From assembly GCA_030141605.1 (NCBI GenBank), contig JAQGDQ010000904.1, positions 17,917 through 81,916 on the forward strand: 64,000 bases of DNA, read 5' to 3'. Numbering within the stretch: the stretch's first letter is position 1; every line of letters starts with the position of its first letter. The notes under the pieces are model-generated. The model was given only the letters and a program-made list of their open reading frames with translations. It searched no databases and was not told where the DNA came from. Origin of the DNA: Tubiluchus corallicola (Eukaryota > Animalia > Priapulida). Below, one piece after another: positions 14,084 to 27,121 of the stretch. The position numbers and the translations under genes are program-made.

Positions 14084-15232
14084 ATGAGTTATTTAGCTGA
14101 TCTTATTTTACATTATCTTGTCACGTAACTCAGCGTCACAATTTTCTGAAGTGCGCTTTTTACAACTGTCTCCATTTCACCACTGTCTTCATTTCTTAAA
14201 TTATTCCTCATCCCATTTTAGTCGTTTGTGGCCTTTACGTAGCATATCAATAATAATTGGCATATCAATTATGCATGCCTTAATTTCTGCTCTTAGAAAC
14301 TCAATATTATTACATTGTATATATACACGTTGCTCTCTAATGGCGGTTTAATTATATTTGTGCAGTTTGTACGTCCACTTTGTGACTCTCATCGTACAAA
14401 AGGGTTTGGCAAGCACTAACCTTGACTTCAGTCGCTATTAGTTGATAGCAATATGAAGCCAAACGGATTCAAATTGGCAAAAGTCACACATGAGCAGTAG
14501 ACGCGGACGACATGCTTTACAATCTGACAATGTTTTCCAAGGTATATGTTCGGCATTGTAGCCTATTATGTTTATTTTGATAAGCAGTTGTGTAACGCAT
14601 AATGTATTATGTACGTATAAATAATGTAATGTATTTAACCTCACGGGGTTTCTTGTATATAATGTACATATTACGTTACTTAACCTCCCTTGACCAACTT
14701 ACACTTCAAATCGCATTCTTCTCTATAAACACTCTAATTGTAAACCCTGGCTTGTTTTGCCTAACCCTCTCTCACTATCACTGTTGCGCTTACAAGATTT
14801 TCTTTCAGCGCACATTGAAGAATTTTGTTGTAAGCAATTAGTTTTTTCATGTCATTTTGTAATTATTGTTTTGCATCATTGAATGTACACTGCTTTTTGT
14901 GAAAAGTAAATCTAAATAGAAATAGAAAATAGAAAAGGTTTTGGATTTCTATTTAATTTGCACAAGATCATTAAAAATGCCATACCCGAAACTACAGTTG
15001 CTTCAATGAGTAAATTTAGTTACAAATTTAGTAAATTGAAAGGCTTAAGATTTAATTAAAATAGGATATCTGTTAGTAATTATTTTGCATGCGCACCTTA
15101 ATATTGCTTACCTGCGCCTCGTGCTTTATCACAAACTGACACGGAGAAACGAGGTACAGTTTGACCTAATAACGATGACGTCATGGCACCCGTGATTCCA
15201 CAACCCACAATCAAAGCTTTCGTATTCATCAT
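927..15232 (-). CDS. RNLS: Renalase (FAD-dependent oxidase), 7 coding exons, 342 aa from the ATG at 15232
   Basis: Exons 15232-15112, 13887-13788, 13188-13040, 5556-5401, 5063-4893, 3988-3816, 1085-927 all have GT-AG ends and matching phases; total 1029 nt. Motifs: GCGITG Rossmann fold, DKARGAGGRMSTTRS, ADIGAQYI, NYVAPRG, ILTMPVPQ, YSSRY, PCIRFIS, RWKYSQ, GGDAFTHSNFDGCI. An in-frame upstream ATG at 15253 could add 7 aa. Confidence 0.95.
1147..1219 (+). repeat. Degenerate telomere-like (TTAGGG)n tract in renalase intron 6
   Basis: Sequence ttagggttac...gggattagggttagggttaaggtagggttagtgttggggttaggg, bracketed by an imperfect inverted repeat (tttacaattcc / ggaattgtcaa). Confidence 0.7.
1536..1735 (+). 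mobile_element. 5'-truncated tRNA-derived SINE with a Meta-like core
   Basis: B-box remnant gagttcg, then gtcacgtcgaagatctcaaaaacggtacc, resembling the core of the SINE at 22030; ends in an (att)n tail. Confidence 0.5.
1726..2070. repeat. Compound microsatellite: (att)-(atcgtc)-(atc)-(atcttt)-(atcgtt)-(accctt)-(accatc)
   Basis: Directly visible; explains the spurious low-complexity ORFs 1735..2136 and 1746..2081. Confidence 0.97.
3408..3502. mobile_element. Small palindromic MITE
   Basis: Outer arms gtttcacaaagccttcact / agtgagggttttgtgaaac and inner arms gtcgttgtta / taacaacgac. Confidence 0.65.
4466..4858. mobile_element. TTAA-flanked non-autonomous element (Kolobok-like); related to 56257-56490
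   Basis: Ends in gactttaa. Blocks ttattatgattacacaaagaattcata and aatcaaaagaaacaagttt...tttaagttgtaaaagcttat recur at about 56300-56490. Confidence 0.65.
6077..6170 (+). other. Long imperfect hairpin (about 37-bp stem, 19-nt loop)
   Basis: ctcaggtgtgcgtgtgaacgtggctttatctagcaca pairs with tgtgttagtaaaggccacttgtcacgtgcacacctgag. Confidence 0.8.
9085..12606 (+). CDS. Secreted acidic C-type lectin (signal peptide, acidic coiled coil, poly-E linker, CTLD), about 296 aa, nested in renalase intron 3
   Basis: Exons 9085-9166, 9481-9656, 10267-10518, 11203-11345, 12369-12606 (891 nt, phases consistent; the exon 2 donor is the least certain). Starts MTSILKILFLAMIIKSQA. CTLD motifs TWADAYFAC..GGKLLTLET, FWVGG, WQTGEPS, ENCME, WNDLDC, YICE. 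AATAAA at 12678-12683. Confidence 0.9.
11734..12138. mobile_element. TTAA-flanked non-autonomous element (Kolobok-like) in lectin intron 4
   Basis: Starts ttaaaggac and ends gactttaa, like other copies in the window; the TIR is weak. Confidence 0.4.
13965..14082. repeat. (atc)n/(gtc)n microsatellite
   Basis: Directly visible. Confidence 0.95.
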
Positions 15233-16559
15233 ATCGTCACAAGACGAATTCATCAGCACGTCTGCTAGAAATAGTGACACACAGGTCAGGGATAGCTCTG
15301 CATAAGTGTGATCTGAAATAATGTTTCTCATTATTTACGTTATTGGATGTTGAACCACATAACATGCAGCTTATCTCAGCATCCTCTGCAGTTTTATAAT
15401 TTACTGAACACTAAACTGTAACCAGCTAAACGAACACATAAAACAAGAGTTAAATGGTCCCAAATCTCAAATTGACCCAAATGGTCAACCCAAGTTGACT
15501 AAAATGGTCCCAAATATGGAATATTAATTGACCATGAGGACAGTGATTTTTACTTGACTTTGCATGATTAAAAGAATAAACGTATAATAGTGTTGTTACG
15601 GACCAAGGCCCAAATGGACTTACACGTCGTAAATTTATGCTCTTAAATGCATTGTTTTAGGGCACCTCTAGGACAGTGTCTTAAATTGTATTTACGTAGC
15701 TGTCTTTAGGTGCACTTAAGACTGTAACAAACTACAATTTTATAACTAGTCCAAAAAAGACGTCTCACAGTAAGGTTATGGGTTGAATAACCAATAACCA
15801 ATAACCTAGTAAAAATAGAGAGATAGTATTGAGGAAAATACTTCTTACAGTTGTGGTATAGTTTTTGTACTCTTAGCTATTTTGCAATATTAAATAACCA
15901 TTAATGGTGCTTCATATAAAGGTTTATAAAATTTTCTCGTCTATATCATTTCAGGAACACTCCACTGCTTCTTAGAACAAAAAACCATGGGTTTTGCTGG
16001 GCTGCATAAAAATGCAACAAAAATATTCATGAATAGTAGCAGTGTGATAATAGAAGACAACTTATGAACAGGCGCGATGAATAGACCCATCTAAAATCAG
16101 TAACCAGATTACATGTCGTTCACTATTACAATTTGGTCTTGAGAAGCCACAGTCACAGATTTCCCAATTGAATTCACCCTCCTTTTGCTAAGCGATCTAC
16201 TCATATTAGTAGGCACACTATGCCCTAATTAAAACAAATCAGTGGCATCGGTTTCGTGGGATGCGCGCACTCTCTCTTTGTGCCACTTCACTCAGTTCAA
16301 TAGCCTACGGAATTACAGGCTATTTAATCTCATCTTTGCAGTGTTTTGATTGGAGATAAAGGTTTTGTTCTCTTACTGTCTTATTACGTAATTAAAAATG
16401 CTTTTGGCCATAAATGCCTTCGTGAAATTTAATAAAGACAAGTAAGTAATAGATTAGTAAGATTATTATATTCTTGTTGTCACGATCAACCAAACTGCCG
16501 CATTTCCTGCAGATAGAAATAAAAACTTCTCAGTTTTTTCTCGCCACTACTCCTAGCCA

Positions 16560-16745
16560 CCTCTTTCTCTCTGTTTCTTCCCTTCTCTTCCGTTTCTCTC
16601 TCTTCCTCTCCCCTCTTTCTATCACATCTTTCTCTCTCTCTTTCTTCCTCACACACTCTCTGTTCTCTCTTTTCTCTTCCTGGTTCTCGGTTCTTCCTTT
16701 TCATTTCTTTATTTCTCCACCAGAACTCCCCTATCTTTCTTTTTA
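16560..16745. repeat. CT-rich low-complexity tract
   Basis: Polypyrimidine (ct/ctt) stretch; explains ORFs 16474..16800 and 16486..16704. Confidence 0.85.
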
Positions 16746-17209
16746 CTCGAACTTATCAGTTCAAATGTCCTGTACGTGTCATTGGCCTATGGTTCTGTGA
16801 CACCAGCAGTAACAAAATATCATAATTGCTGTAAAATACGCCTAAATGCTAGTAAATTATCCCCTTTTACCCATCTATCACCAGGTCGGTAATGAAGCGC
16901 TGATATAATAAAGAGAATGCTCTAGTGTCACGAAATGTAATATAATGTGATTACAGTTGAATCATACCCACAATGTACACAGGGGATAATTTCGCTAGCT
17001 GAACATTCCAGAGAAATGTGAGATTTTGAATGCGTTCGAAACGGTATGCGCAGAACACGGCGGGTAAAGTGCCCGCCTCTAATTATCGGCCCGTAGCATC
17101 TCGCTTGAAATGGAATCCGTCGGGTTTCGTTCACTAAAATTCGTTCTCCGCAGGAAACTGCTTAGCGTTTTGCGCAAATGCAGGTTGAATGACAAATAAT
17201 TATTGCGCG

Positions 17210-17464
17210 TGAAGAGAGAAAGAGAGCTGAATGAGAGAGAAACAGCAATTTTTGTGCGGCACTTATGTAGTATTGCGCTTGCTAGACATTATATATAAAG
17301 TTCAATTGTGATTAAATTTCTTATTAATTCTTGCTTCTTATTGTTTCCCTGTACAACTACGCTGAATACAAATACTACAGTGAAATAATTACTGCTCAAA
17401 GATTACATTAGTCAATGAAATTAGTTAATGAGTGACTTGAAAAAAATTCTGCCCATTGCTAAAG
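17210..17464 (+). promoter_or_regulatory. Candidate promoter and non-coding first exon of the GPCR
   Basis: GA-repeat 17211-17240, TATATAAA 17292-17299 and a perfect donor AAG|GTAAGT at 17464/5; acceptor ttatttgcag ends at 24906 upstream of the GPCR ATG. The link between them is inferred. Confidence 0.4.
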
Positions 17465-20400
17465 GTAAGTACTCGTTTTCCTATATGCTAAATAATTAAT
17501 AAAGTAGGAATTCTACATATTCCACCCATTCTATATAATATCCTTCCAGAAACAGAAAATCTTATAAATGTCCTAAGGACTGAAACTTCTCGTCCCGTCG
17601 ATGGAACAGGCTACCCAAGAGATAATGGTAGAAACATAGATCTAGGGTCGAGGTAGTTACGGGGGGGGGTAAGAAACTATGCAACACTTGACCGACTACT
17701 GACTGACTGAATGATCAGCCAATTAACTAATCCACCAATCGAAAACGTCGAAGAAATTAACTTCGCAAATGCATATTAGCTATAGCGATTCACTTATAGA
17801 CACGTTTTATTAGAACGTAACCGGTTCACAGTATATCATTTTGCTGGAATATAACTGGAAAACCACCATCGTTCTGCAAAATCTGTTACTCATCTAGGCA
17901 CATCTTATGTCTGGTGTTTGCTTAACTACGGAAGGAAATGCTACGGTAACTATAACAATAATCTAAAATAATGGTTTGCCATCTAATGCCACAGTGAAAC
18001 AATTACGCAGCGTGGCACCAATGAAATTAGTGGCTGGGTAACTTGAAAAACTAGCTATAGGGTAATTAAGAATTCAACAAAGTACTTGTTATTGCTACTT
18101 ATGTTGAACTTCCCATCAAAGATTTCTAGGCCGACTGTTTCTTTCAGCGCGTTTAACGTTTTGGCAAATAAAAAAACGAAAAGTATTTCATTAACTAACC
18201 ATGAACTAACCAGTTGTATATATCTGTTCTCAACTAAAATGTATCTGTAGCACATAGTGGAAATAGTCCTATCTTTAATATTACTGTATGTTGAGTCACT
18301 TGAAATAAATAAAGTTTATAAAAAAGTAATTTCGTAATTAAATAAAGTGAATATGTTGTTAAAACTGATTCTGATTTTTTATAATTGCTTGAACTAACTA
18401 CGCAGCCAAACAAGCGAAAAAGCTTATCTTTGCGTTTGACTAGCTCAAATCGGTTAGTTCTCGCGCTCCAAAATTTTGTAACGACATTGCGCAAAAATAT
18501 CCAAAAAAAATCATGATTGGCTCAATTCCCGGTCAAACTACAGGATATTTCTAGAAATTTACCAAGCGTGACGTTAAACGCAGCATTAAAGCAAAACCAG
18601 ACCCAATCTTGAATTGTAGGTCAAAACAATCTACTCTTTTAAAATATTGAAACGAAACATACTATTTTTTCAAAAATGACTTACGCGAAAGAATTATTAC
18701 CACATAAACACAATTTCGTGTTCTTCGCTGTTACATGCATTTCGCCATGCGCGAGTTAGAAGGGCACTAGCGCCTGAACTTCCGAAACGCATTGCACAAA
18801 AACAGGTGCTTTACCTCTCAGTTCAAATGTGTTAGTTTCTGACGAACTACGCACGCTCGACAGCTAATGCGTGAGTACAGCGGTAAATTTGAAATTTGAA
18901 TTTTTATCTTAAAACTTGCCTAGTTTATATATCTGACAGTATATCTTACACTGAATATCTTACAGTAGCACTGTACTTCAATTATCGCTTTTGCAAACAC
19001 GTGCAACACGCTTATGAAATGTTTTTGCTTTTGAAAATTATGTTAGTATGTGATGTCATCTTTAGTTGGGCTCGCCGTTAATTGAAGTCTTTAATCTATT
19101 ATTTAATTATCTGCAACACTTTTGCAATATTAATTGTGCCAAAATGTATACTTTTATCGGACTTGAAAATGGGGTAGTATATGAAAAATCATCCTGTCTT
19201 CCTTTAACTTAGTAAAACTGAACCCCAAATGCCTGGGGTTCGGCAGCTTTCCTCTACCATCAAACCCGGCTAGCTGAACAGACAGTTTACATTTTTCAGT
19301 TTTCGGCGAGTTAAACATTTAATCGAGAAAATTTAAAATGAGGCGAGACAGTAGTAATTGTTGCATTTTACTTTTGTATTTATTACGTGAAACTTTTTAA
19401 AATTGTAAAAAAAACGAAAGAGAATCAACAAATTGAAACACGATATATTTAAACAAGTGAACAAAAAGCGTTATCCTTTATACCGGCAGCAATTTTACCT
19501 TTCGCACGTGTACTTTTTTACCTTTTTTGCTATTTTACGAACCGTCAGCCAAAGCGATTGCAAAATGACGCAATGTAGGAAACTATACCGGCGTAAGTCA
19601 AAAACACTCAATTTGATTGTTGCGTCAATTTGTGTGGAGTGCCTAGCTAAACACAGTAAGAATAGAGAAATCCCCACAAAAGTTAATGAGGTGATCTAAA
19701 AATTCCCACAAGTAAATACATTTGTTATCGCACGTACTCCCTAGTACGTTTCGCTAAAAGAAACCTGCCAAGAACTCCAAATATACCGAGTCTTATTTAA
19801 TTAATTTTATTGCAGTACATGTAGTACTATAAGATTCAAAACAAATAATTTACAGATTACAACGTTATCAACTAAATTACATAAAAAACGAAAATTATAA
19901 GAGGAGATTATTAAAATTAAAATACTGCTATATACAAAGAATAATATAAACTAACTAAATCGAAAAGTCCGCAGTTAATGCACTAGTCTAATATGCAAAG
20001 AAAGAAGTTAATACAAGGCCGAAAATTGAAAAACCTCATCTAAAATACAAATTCACTTTGCCGAAGTAGATTAAAAATATAGTAACAAATCTGAATCCAG
20101 CGCGGATCCGTCTCAGGATGCATAGAGTCTAGGTCAGGTCTAGCTTGAAACGAAAAAGTTGCCCATGAGTTACTTCCGAAACACTGAGGCAACCTCTGTG
20201 AAGTTCTCCTGGGGCGTCGGTAGAGATTCCAACCATCTGTTTGGCAAGTGAAATATTATTATAATGTTATTGTTATATTATATTATATTACACTTTTATT
20301 TTAAAAATGCCCATATATAAATATTTACACAATTACAGATAAAACTAAGGTAAAACTGATAAATACTAATAAAAACGTAATAAAAATAATTACATTCACT

Positions 20401-22029
20401 AAAATGGCCCTAAAAACTTACATAAATTGAAGATTTACATGACAAAAACATTTCTTCATCGTGAAACTGTAGGTACTCTGTTACAATAACTGTTGTGTAT
20501 TTCAGGCTTCAAACACTTCGTCTGACGGTACTGCAGTCAACTCCTGTGAAGTTCGAACTTGGCTTCCTTGAGCGGGCGACAAGCTTACTGCAACAGATTC
20601 GCCACACAAAGACGAAAGGTATATTTACTAAAGAAGGTACTGCTGTACCTACGTACAGAAAAACTTGATTAAACACTTACTTTTAGCCTGCTTCTATATA
20701 CTGACTTAACTAAACCAGACGACAACTCTGGCTGGTGAAGTGCAATTAAAAGTAGTCTTTTTTGCCAGAAAGAGAGGCACCTAGGGACTAGGATTCGTAG
20801 TTAAGAGACCGTGACTCTACAACTATACAGGCCTTTATTACATGAGATTTGTCATGCAAAGTCTTCATAAATACGGGCTAATAAGCAACTCAGTAAAAAC
20901 TTAGAACTGTCGAAGCTAAGCTGGCATCTGGGCCGACCCTGCCACTAGGCAAACTAGGCAATTAGCTATGGTGCCAAATTGTGGGTGGCGCAATTTTGGA
21001 AGTAATTTTTTAATTTTTAAGTTTAGCGTGTAATTGCTTATCATATATAATAAATACAGAACACTTAAATGAAACGGACTAATTGCGTTATTTTCCTGTC
21101 AAAATGTATGATTTACCGATGCTGACAGGGAGCACTTTTCTCTAGTATTTGTAAGTATACTTACAAGCAATTTTGTAAGTATTTTGCAATAGCGTTTATC
21201 TAATTTTAACAGATAAACATATAAAAATTGAAGCCTTCGAGAGCGTAATACAGGAAGAAAAAGACAAAAAAACTGGGGAGTGGCGACATTGAATAGGAAA
21301 AAGATTTGGTAATAAGGTGTTTGTAACGAGACCAGAGATATGGTTGTGAAGATCATGAAACTAGCGAAATGGATGTAATTGAGGAGTTCGTGTTTCAAAA
21401 ATTTGCAGATGAGAGGATTGAGTGAAAACTAGCCAAAAGTATCTACGTGAAGAGTGTGCAGTAGAAATTGCAGAATTTTGGTTGCTCCTGAAGACCCAGG
21501 ACGTATAATGGGGTCATAAGTTCAATTTCAAATTCAATCAACACAAGCTGTAGATAGGTAATACAGTTAATTAGTGCACAATAATGCGTGTGTGCACGCT
21601 TAACAAACAGGTTTCATTATACTTTATTATGTACAACAAAAGTTCAATTTTGTCGTGTTGTGCACCGGGAATCGTGGGAGAAGGGGTTGACCGTTGAGAA
21701 GGGGACGCCAAAAATACTTTTACCTAGGTCGTCGAACTACCTTAAACATGCCCTGGCTGGTATTGCCTGTAGACCTCATAAAGATACAATTTCACAGCAG
21801 ACTAGGTACGTTAAAAAGTCCAAAATACGAATGTAAAATAAGCTTTATTGAATAACTAACATTTTTAAAAAAAAGAAGATATATGAACAGATTATCAGAG
21901 TGTCTACAACATTTAACTACGACAGAAAGGCCAAGCAGGAATCGTCAAATTAGCACATGCATTCTGTTCAGTTATATTTGCATTACTGAGCTTCTTATCG
22001 ATGCCCATTATTAACATTAGGAGATTAAT

Positions 22030-22253
22030 CGGGTGGCGCAGCTCAATGGTAACGCAATCGCTTCCCACCCGGAAGGTCGTGCGTTCAACTCCCGGCCGAG
22101 TCATAACAAAGAGATAAAAACGGTACTGCTAGTTCTTCGACAAAGCACGTGTGTTTGTCGAAGTAGCATGCGGGTAACAATAATCGGGACAACCTTGGAA
22201 ATAAGTGTCGAGTTACTTGAGGTGTTACCTCTGGAGTATGTCTAAACGAAGTA

Positions 22254-22306
<53 letters not shown>
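22030..22306 (+). mobile_element. tRNA-derived SINE with Meta-like core and (att)n tail
   Basis: A-box-like tggcgcagctcaatgg, B-box gttcaactcc (22083-22092), core gagtcataacaaagagataaaaacggtactgc, then (att)n at 22254-22305. Confidence 0.8.
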
Positions 22307-25053
22307 CAAGATCAGCCGTCATAACAACAAATTTACGTAAAATGACTTCTGTACGTGAACAAAAGTTCCTGATGCACATTGCAGGTGCCGTAGTACTATG
22401 AGGATTCTTTTAAAAAACCGTTTAAGGCAAAATGATATGCAACTTTTCATATACTCAGTGTTTGAAGCCTAAAGTTAATCCATAAATTATGTCCATAAAA
22501 AATAATGCAGTATGATCAGACAAATAAATGTTGTCTGATAGAAATGATAGAAAAAGTCGGCATTTAGAATCAATTGTACAAAAACTAAAATGACGATTTA
22601 AAATGATAGAGCGAATATAGAACAAACGGGTTTGGTTTAATATATCAGTTCGTCAGACATCAGAACAATCATGTTTCATGTAAAATCACATGACCTAGAT
22701 ATTTACATTGACCACTTATCTAGCAAATTTTCGACACAATGTGACATCGTGACAACAAAATTTAAATTGCGATAGGTAGACATGTAAATAGTTCGCCTTA
22801 GCTACGTAAAGATCATATTGTGAACGACTGCATGGGTTTCACAACTGTTTATAATAATTTTTGCATGGCCGGTATTGAAGAAGCTATTAAGCACAAATCA
22901 TCTGCGTACTGTAAATGATTAATATGCGCGTCGTCCGGACGACAGGTGGCATTGGTTATTTTAAACAGCTCAGTTGATAAATCATCAACATAGAAAACAG
23001 AACAGACGAGAAAATACCCACATGTCATGCCCTATTGGAACGTGCAAAGGATTCACAGGCGATTCACACAAATTCGTTGCAAGGCGTACCAAAACTTTGT
23101 AGTTTTAACAATGAGTTTGGCAAGACACCTGGTATAATGTATTTCGTTAGTACTAAAAATCTTTTGAACCTGTAACAGTGCAAAAGCCACTTTTAGCTCT
23201 GATCTGAGTGAAACACTGAAGCTGCTGGAATCAAAGCTACGCATTTCTGTTCAACCATTTATAATATATGGAGCCACGTGTTAGCAAAATTAATATGATA
23301 ATCAAAAAATTTTTATTTTATTACCAAATCAATAGTAAAAAATCATTCGCAAACATTTGATGTCGAATGTAGACTGAATTACTGCTAGTTCTTATTAAAT
23401 TCTTTAGTAGGCCTATTTGTTACAGAATGGCGCAAACAGGTACAAAGCCTTATTACCTTAATTGCGTTTGACCTGCAGCACCACGCGTTGAATCTAACAG
23501 CTTTGCTTTTGTAATAAGAACCAAAGAATGCGTAGGTGCAATTACGAAACATCAAGTTACAAAGGAGACCATAATAGCCTTAATTACGAGCAGTTAGTAA
23601 AGCAATAACAACTATTATATTCACCTAGAATTTGCTCGTGATCTCAATCTAATGGCGTAACGTGAACTAACGTAAGTGTTAAATCATTACACCTTCAGAA
23701 GAAAAAGTAAAAATGCTCGTCTTTTACAGCAGTAATGTTACTGAAACTGATCTGCAAGTAACCAACGTAACACGAATCTCACATCTGGATTACCTGTAAG
23801 CTCAGGTGACAGGTGATTACAGAGAGCACCTTTCAAAGTTGATAATTTGGAAACACGAATCCCTGTGAGAAAACAAAGCAGCTTACAGTACCGTCTAGTA
23901 ACAATGGACGAGCTAAACATCGAACTAGCTAATGAAAGACGTCATAATTAATTAGAATATGACTGTGATTGCCAGAGTTTATAAACCACTGCGGTTTATT
24001 TTTAACAATTAATTCCAATTGCGAGTAATGAGTTGAAGAAACAAAGGAGACGCTGAAAAATTCTTGACTAATCGGGACTTGAACCTTAGACCTAGGATTT
24101 GTACCCCCGTGTTCAGCCAGCTGTTTCCCGCAATGGGTAATAACTGTTAAAAATAAACCGCAGTGCTTTGCAAACTCTGGCAATCACAGTCTCAATCTAA
24201 TTAAATAATGAAAAAGGTATTTTGCTATATCTTCATTACACTCCAGCCGAAACGTTACACTCAAACACAAACACAGAGTTTACTCAGCGAGATGTTTGCA
24301 TATTTGTGGTGAGAACGGTGTCTGGGTGCTATCGTTTAGAAGTTGTTTGTACTTGCATACACAGGACGGAGTTTTGCAGAAATTTTTGTTCGTACGTTTA
24401 TAATGAATAGCCAGACATTACACAATAATCAAACGCTTACATAAATGCTTATAGATTTAGACCATAGACCCAGTCCTTCAATTTTCTGCATTGCCATCAT
24501 TTTATTGCAATCATGGCAATCAAATATGACAGAATGATTATTTTGTCAAAGGCAGATGTCACATGCGCATTCCTGAAGTTTGAAGGTTAAAATATGGTCA
24601 AGTGGACAGCACGGATTTGCCAAATTTTTGATCTAAAATTACTAGGGCATGGCTATATTAGATTTTGTTGCAACTTCCATGTCTCAGATGTCGAGAGGTT
24701 CAAGGTCACGGACATTGACATGGGAATCCTTATGAAAGTATCTCTAATACAGTCTGTTTACCAGGTCCAGACTGTGCTATTGTGCAGTACAAAAAAATGT
24801 TAGTCCTACAGTTTCTTCATATCATAAGCCCCAAAACATTTTGTAACCTCTTCGTTAATAAATAATCATACGTTTGTTTTTTTAGCTATTTCTAATTTAT
24901 TTGCAGGTAGGTGATGCTTTCTATTGGAAAAAATTTCATGGAGTTGATAATCGATTTGACATTTACGCTTCTCTAAAAAGACCTAACGTTTAAACGAAGG
25001 ACGATTTAGTTATTAAAAGATCCCTTAATTCTTGATCTTGAGAAGGTTTCAAC

Positions 25054-26169
25054 ATGCAAAACATGACGAACCTGACAATTTCGACAGAAGCTGTGATCAC
25101 GCCCTGCGTGACATTTTCAAGGCCTGGCGGTATAACAACTGTAAACTTCATTCTTTACAAGATCTGCCTACCAGTAATTATTGCTGTAGGAATGCCGGGA
25201 AATGTACTCAATCTGATTGTTCTTATTGTAAGACGAAACGAGCTCAGTTCGATATCTTACATTTATCTAAGGGGTCTGGCTGTCGCTGACTTCCTCTTCG
25301 TTGCAATGTGGTCTGTGTGGCTGATAGTTATCCAAGGCATAACACCAAATATCGACCTTTCCCTGTATAGGGCCACGTTCAACGCCCACTTCTGTTTAAC
25401 GATGATGAATACATTCAACAATGCCAGCAACTTGTGCATATTATTCGTTACTCTGGATAGATACTTGTCCATTTGTCATCCGCTGAGAGCCTTGTACCTG
25501 CGAAGCAAAAAGGCGGCTAGACTTGTAATTGTGTTTATTTTTCTGCTTTCCATTCTCCTCCACATTCCTGAAGCCCTGCAGTACAACGTCAAGCAATACA
25601 GAGATTGCGATACCAACAAGCTATTTTACAAGATGAGTTGGAATACAGATATACGTGAATATATCGTGTATAAGTACGTTTGGCCATGGAGCGAGGTTCT
25701 GTTTGGTACAATCATTCCTGTCGTTGGTGTATGCGTCCTGAACCCCATGATTCTCCGTTCTTATCGTCAGAGTTGCTGCCAGAGATCAAAACTTTGTGTC
25801 GTGGGTAGCAACGGCAAAAGTTTCAGCAACAACGAAAGAGGAGTTACAGTTCTTCTGCTTATCTTGTCCTTGATTTTCGTCTTGACAACTTTTCCGTCTC
25901 TAGTAGCGAAAATAATCGTTCGCACCGGCCCAGAAAGGTTGCTCTCATCTAGAACGTTTCAGACGTACCAACATTTCACAAACGTTTTTGAAATCATCAA
26001 TTATTCAATCAACTTTTACTTGTACAATTTAGCTAACGTTGTTTTTCGCAAAAACGTCCGCTATACGTTTGTTTGTGGGATTAAACAGGTAGAAGAGAAA
26101 ACGGCAATGTTTGGAAGCAGGGCTTCATCAAAGCTAGCCAGCTGTAAAACAACACACACCAATCTGTAA
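25054..26169 (+). CDS. Intronless rhodopsin-class GPCR, FMRFamide/sex-peptide/myosuppressin-receptor-like orphan, 371 aa
   Basis: Seven hydrophobic segments; GN in TM1, LAVAD in TM2, LDRYLSICHPL, IP in TM5, NYSINFYLY in TM7; N-terminal N-glycosylation sequons; AATAAA at 26317-26322. Confidence 0.93.
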   Translation: MQNMTNLTISTEAVITPCVTFSRPGGITTVNFILYKICLPVIIAVGMPGNVLNLIVLIVRRNELSSISYIYLRGLAVADFLFVAMWSVWLIVIQGITPNIDLSLYRATFNAHFCLTMMNTFNNASNLCILFVTLDRYLSICHPLRALYLRSKKAARLVIVFIFLLSILLHIPEALQYNVKQYRDCDTNKLFYKMSWNTDIREYIVYKYVWPWSEVLFGTIIPVVGVCVLNPMILRSYRQSCCQRSKLCVVGSNGKSFSNNERGVTVLLLILSLIFVLTTFPSLVAKIIVRTGPERLLSSRTFQTYQHFTNVFEIINYSINFYLYNLANVVFRKNVRYTFVCGIKQVEEKTAMFGSRASSKLASCKTTHTNL

Positions 26170-26841
26170 TTTGTAATTTATAATTTATAGGCTTATTTTA
26201 AATACCATTTACGTGCATGTATTATCATCATGTACTTTGACTTACCGAAGAACATTTTAAAAAGCTCTGCAAACTGATTTGGAAGGTCTAACTGTGTCCA
26301 ATTTAACTGTATTTTCAATAAAGATTATTATATTTGCTAACAGTGAAAATCGAGCTTTAGTTGTTTTGTTCATTGTTGTTTCCATCTGTCAATTGGATTG
26401 TTGCTCCTTGTTGAACCAGTTGCTTTAAGCTAGTAACAGTCTGGCAAAGGATGGGAATTCTAATCTCCACTGGTTCATAATTTTTCAGCGTATCCTTCTT
26501 TAACTCATTAGCCGCAAGGTTGATAATTGTGAAATAAACCGCAATGATTTATTAGGTTGTGGCATTCACAGTCATAATTTTATTAAGGATATTGTTAATC
26601 GCCAGCTAATTTGAAGAGCTGATATAATCTGATATAATTATGAAAATCTGCGTTAAAATAATTATGACAGTAGATAGGAATATTATGGCGATGCGACTAT
26701 GAATATTTTGGCGATGTATGTGCTTGAAATTACACCCAAAATAAAGAAATAAAATCAAAAAGTGTTTAGTTTTATACCTCAATTTCAAACAGTTTTATAT
26801 ACATTTAGTATAGAAGTATTAAGTTTAATTTTCACGGCCTC

Positions 26842-27121
26842 TATTCCAGGACGAGCACCAGAAGCAATATTTTTCAATTTGACATTTTTTCAAAAAAGTA
26901 TGGTTGAGCATATGTCTAAAATAAGATTATATTGTATTCCAAGAGGAGCACCAGAAGCAGTATTTTTAAATTAGTCAATTTTTCAAAAAAATGTGGCTGA
27001 TTCATGTGTCTAAAATAAGATTATATGGTATTCCAGGAGGAGCATCAGAAGCAGTATTTTTCAACTAGTCAATTTTTCAAAAAAATGTGGCTGAGTAATA
27101 TATCTAAAATAAGATTATATT
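26842..27121. repeat. Tandem repeat, about 93-bp unit x3
   Basis: tattcca(g/a)ga(c/g)gagca(c/t)cagaagca(a/g)tattttt...tctaaaataagattatat starts at about 26842, 26935 and 27029. Confidence 0.9.

Noticed and set aside
22030-22100. Possible tRNA gene
   Set aside because: No clean cloverleaf; continues into a SINE body and (att)n tail.
24060-24135. B-box-like GGTTCAAGTCC on the - strand
   Set aside because: No A box or cloverleaf; at most a decayed SINE head.
25032-25472. ORFs overlapping the GPCR (25032..25289 +, 25263..25472 -)
   Set aside because: Shadow frames of a real CDS.
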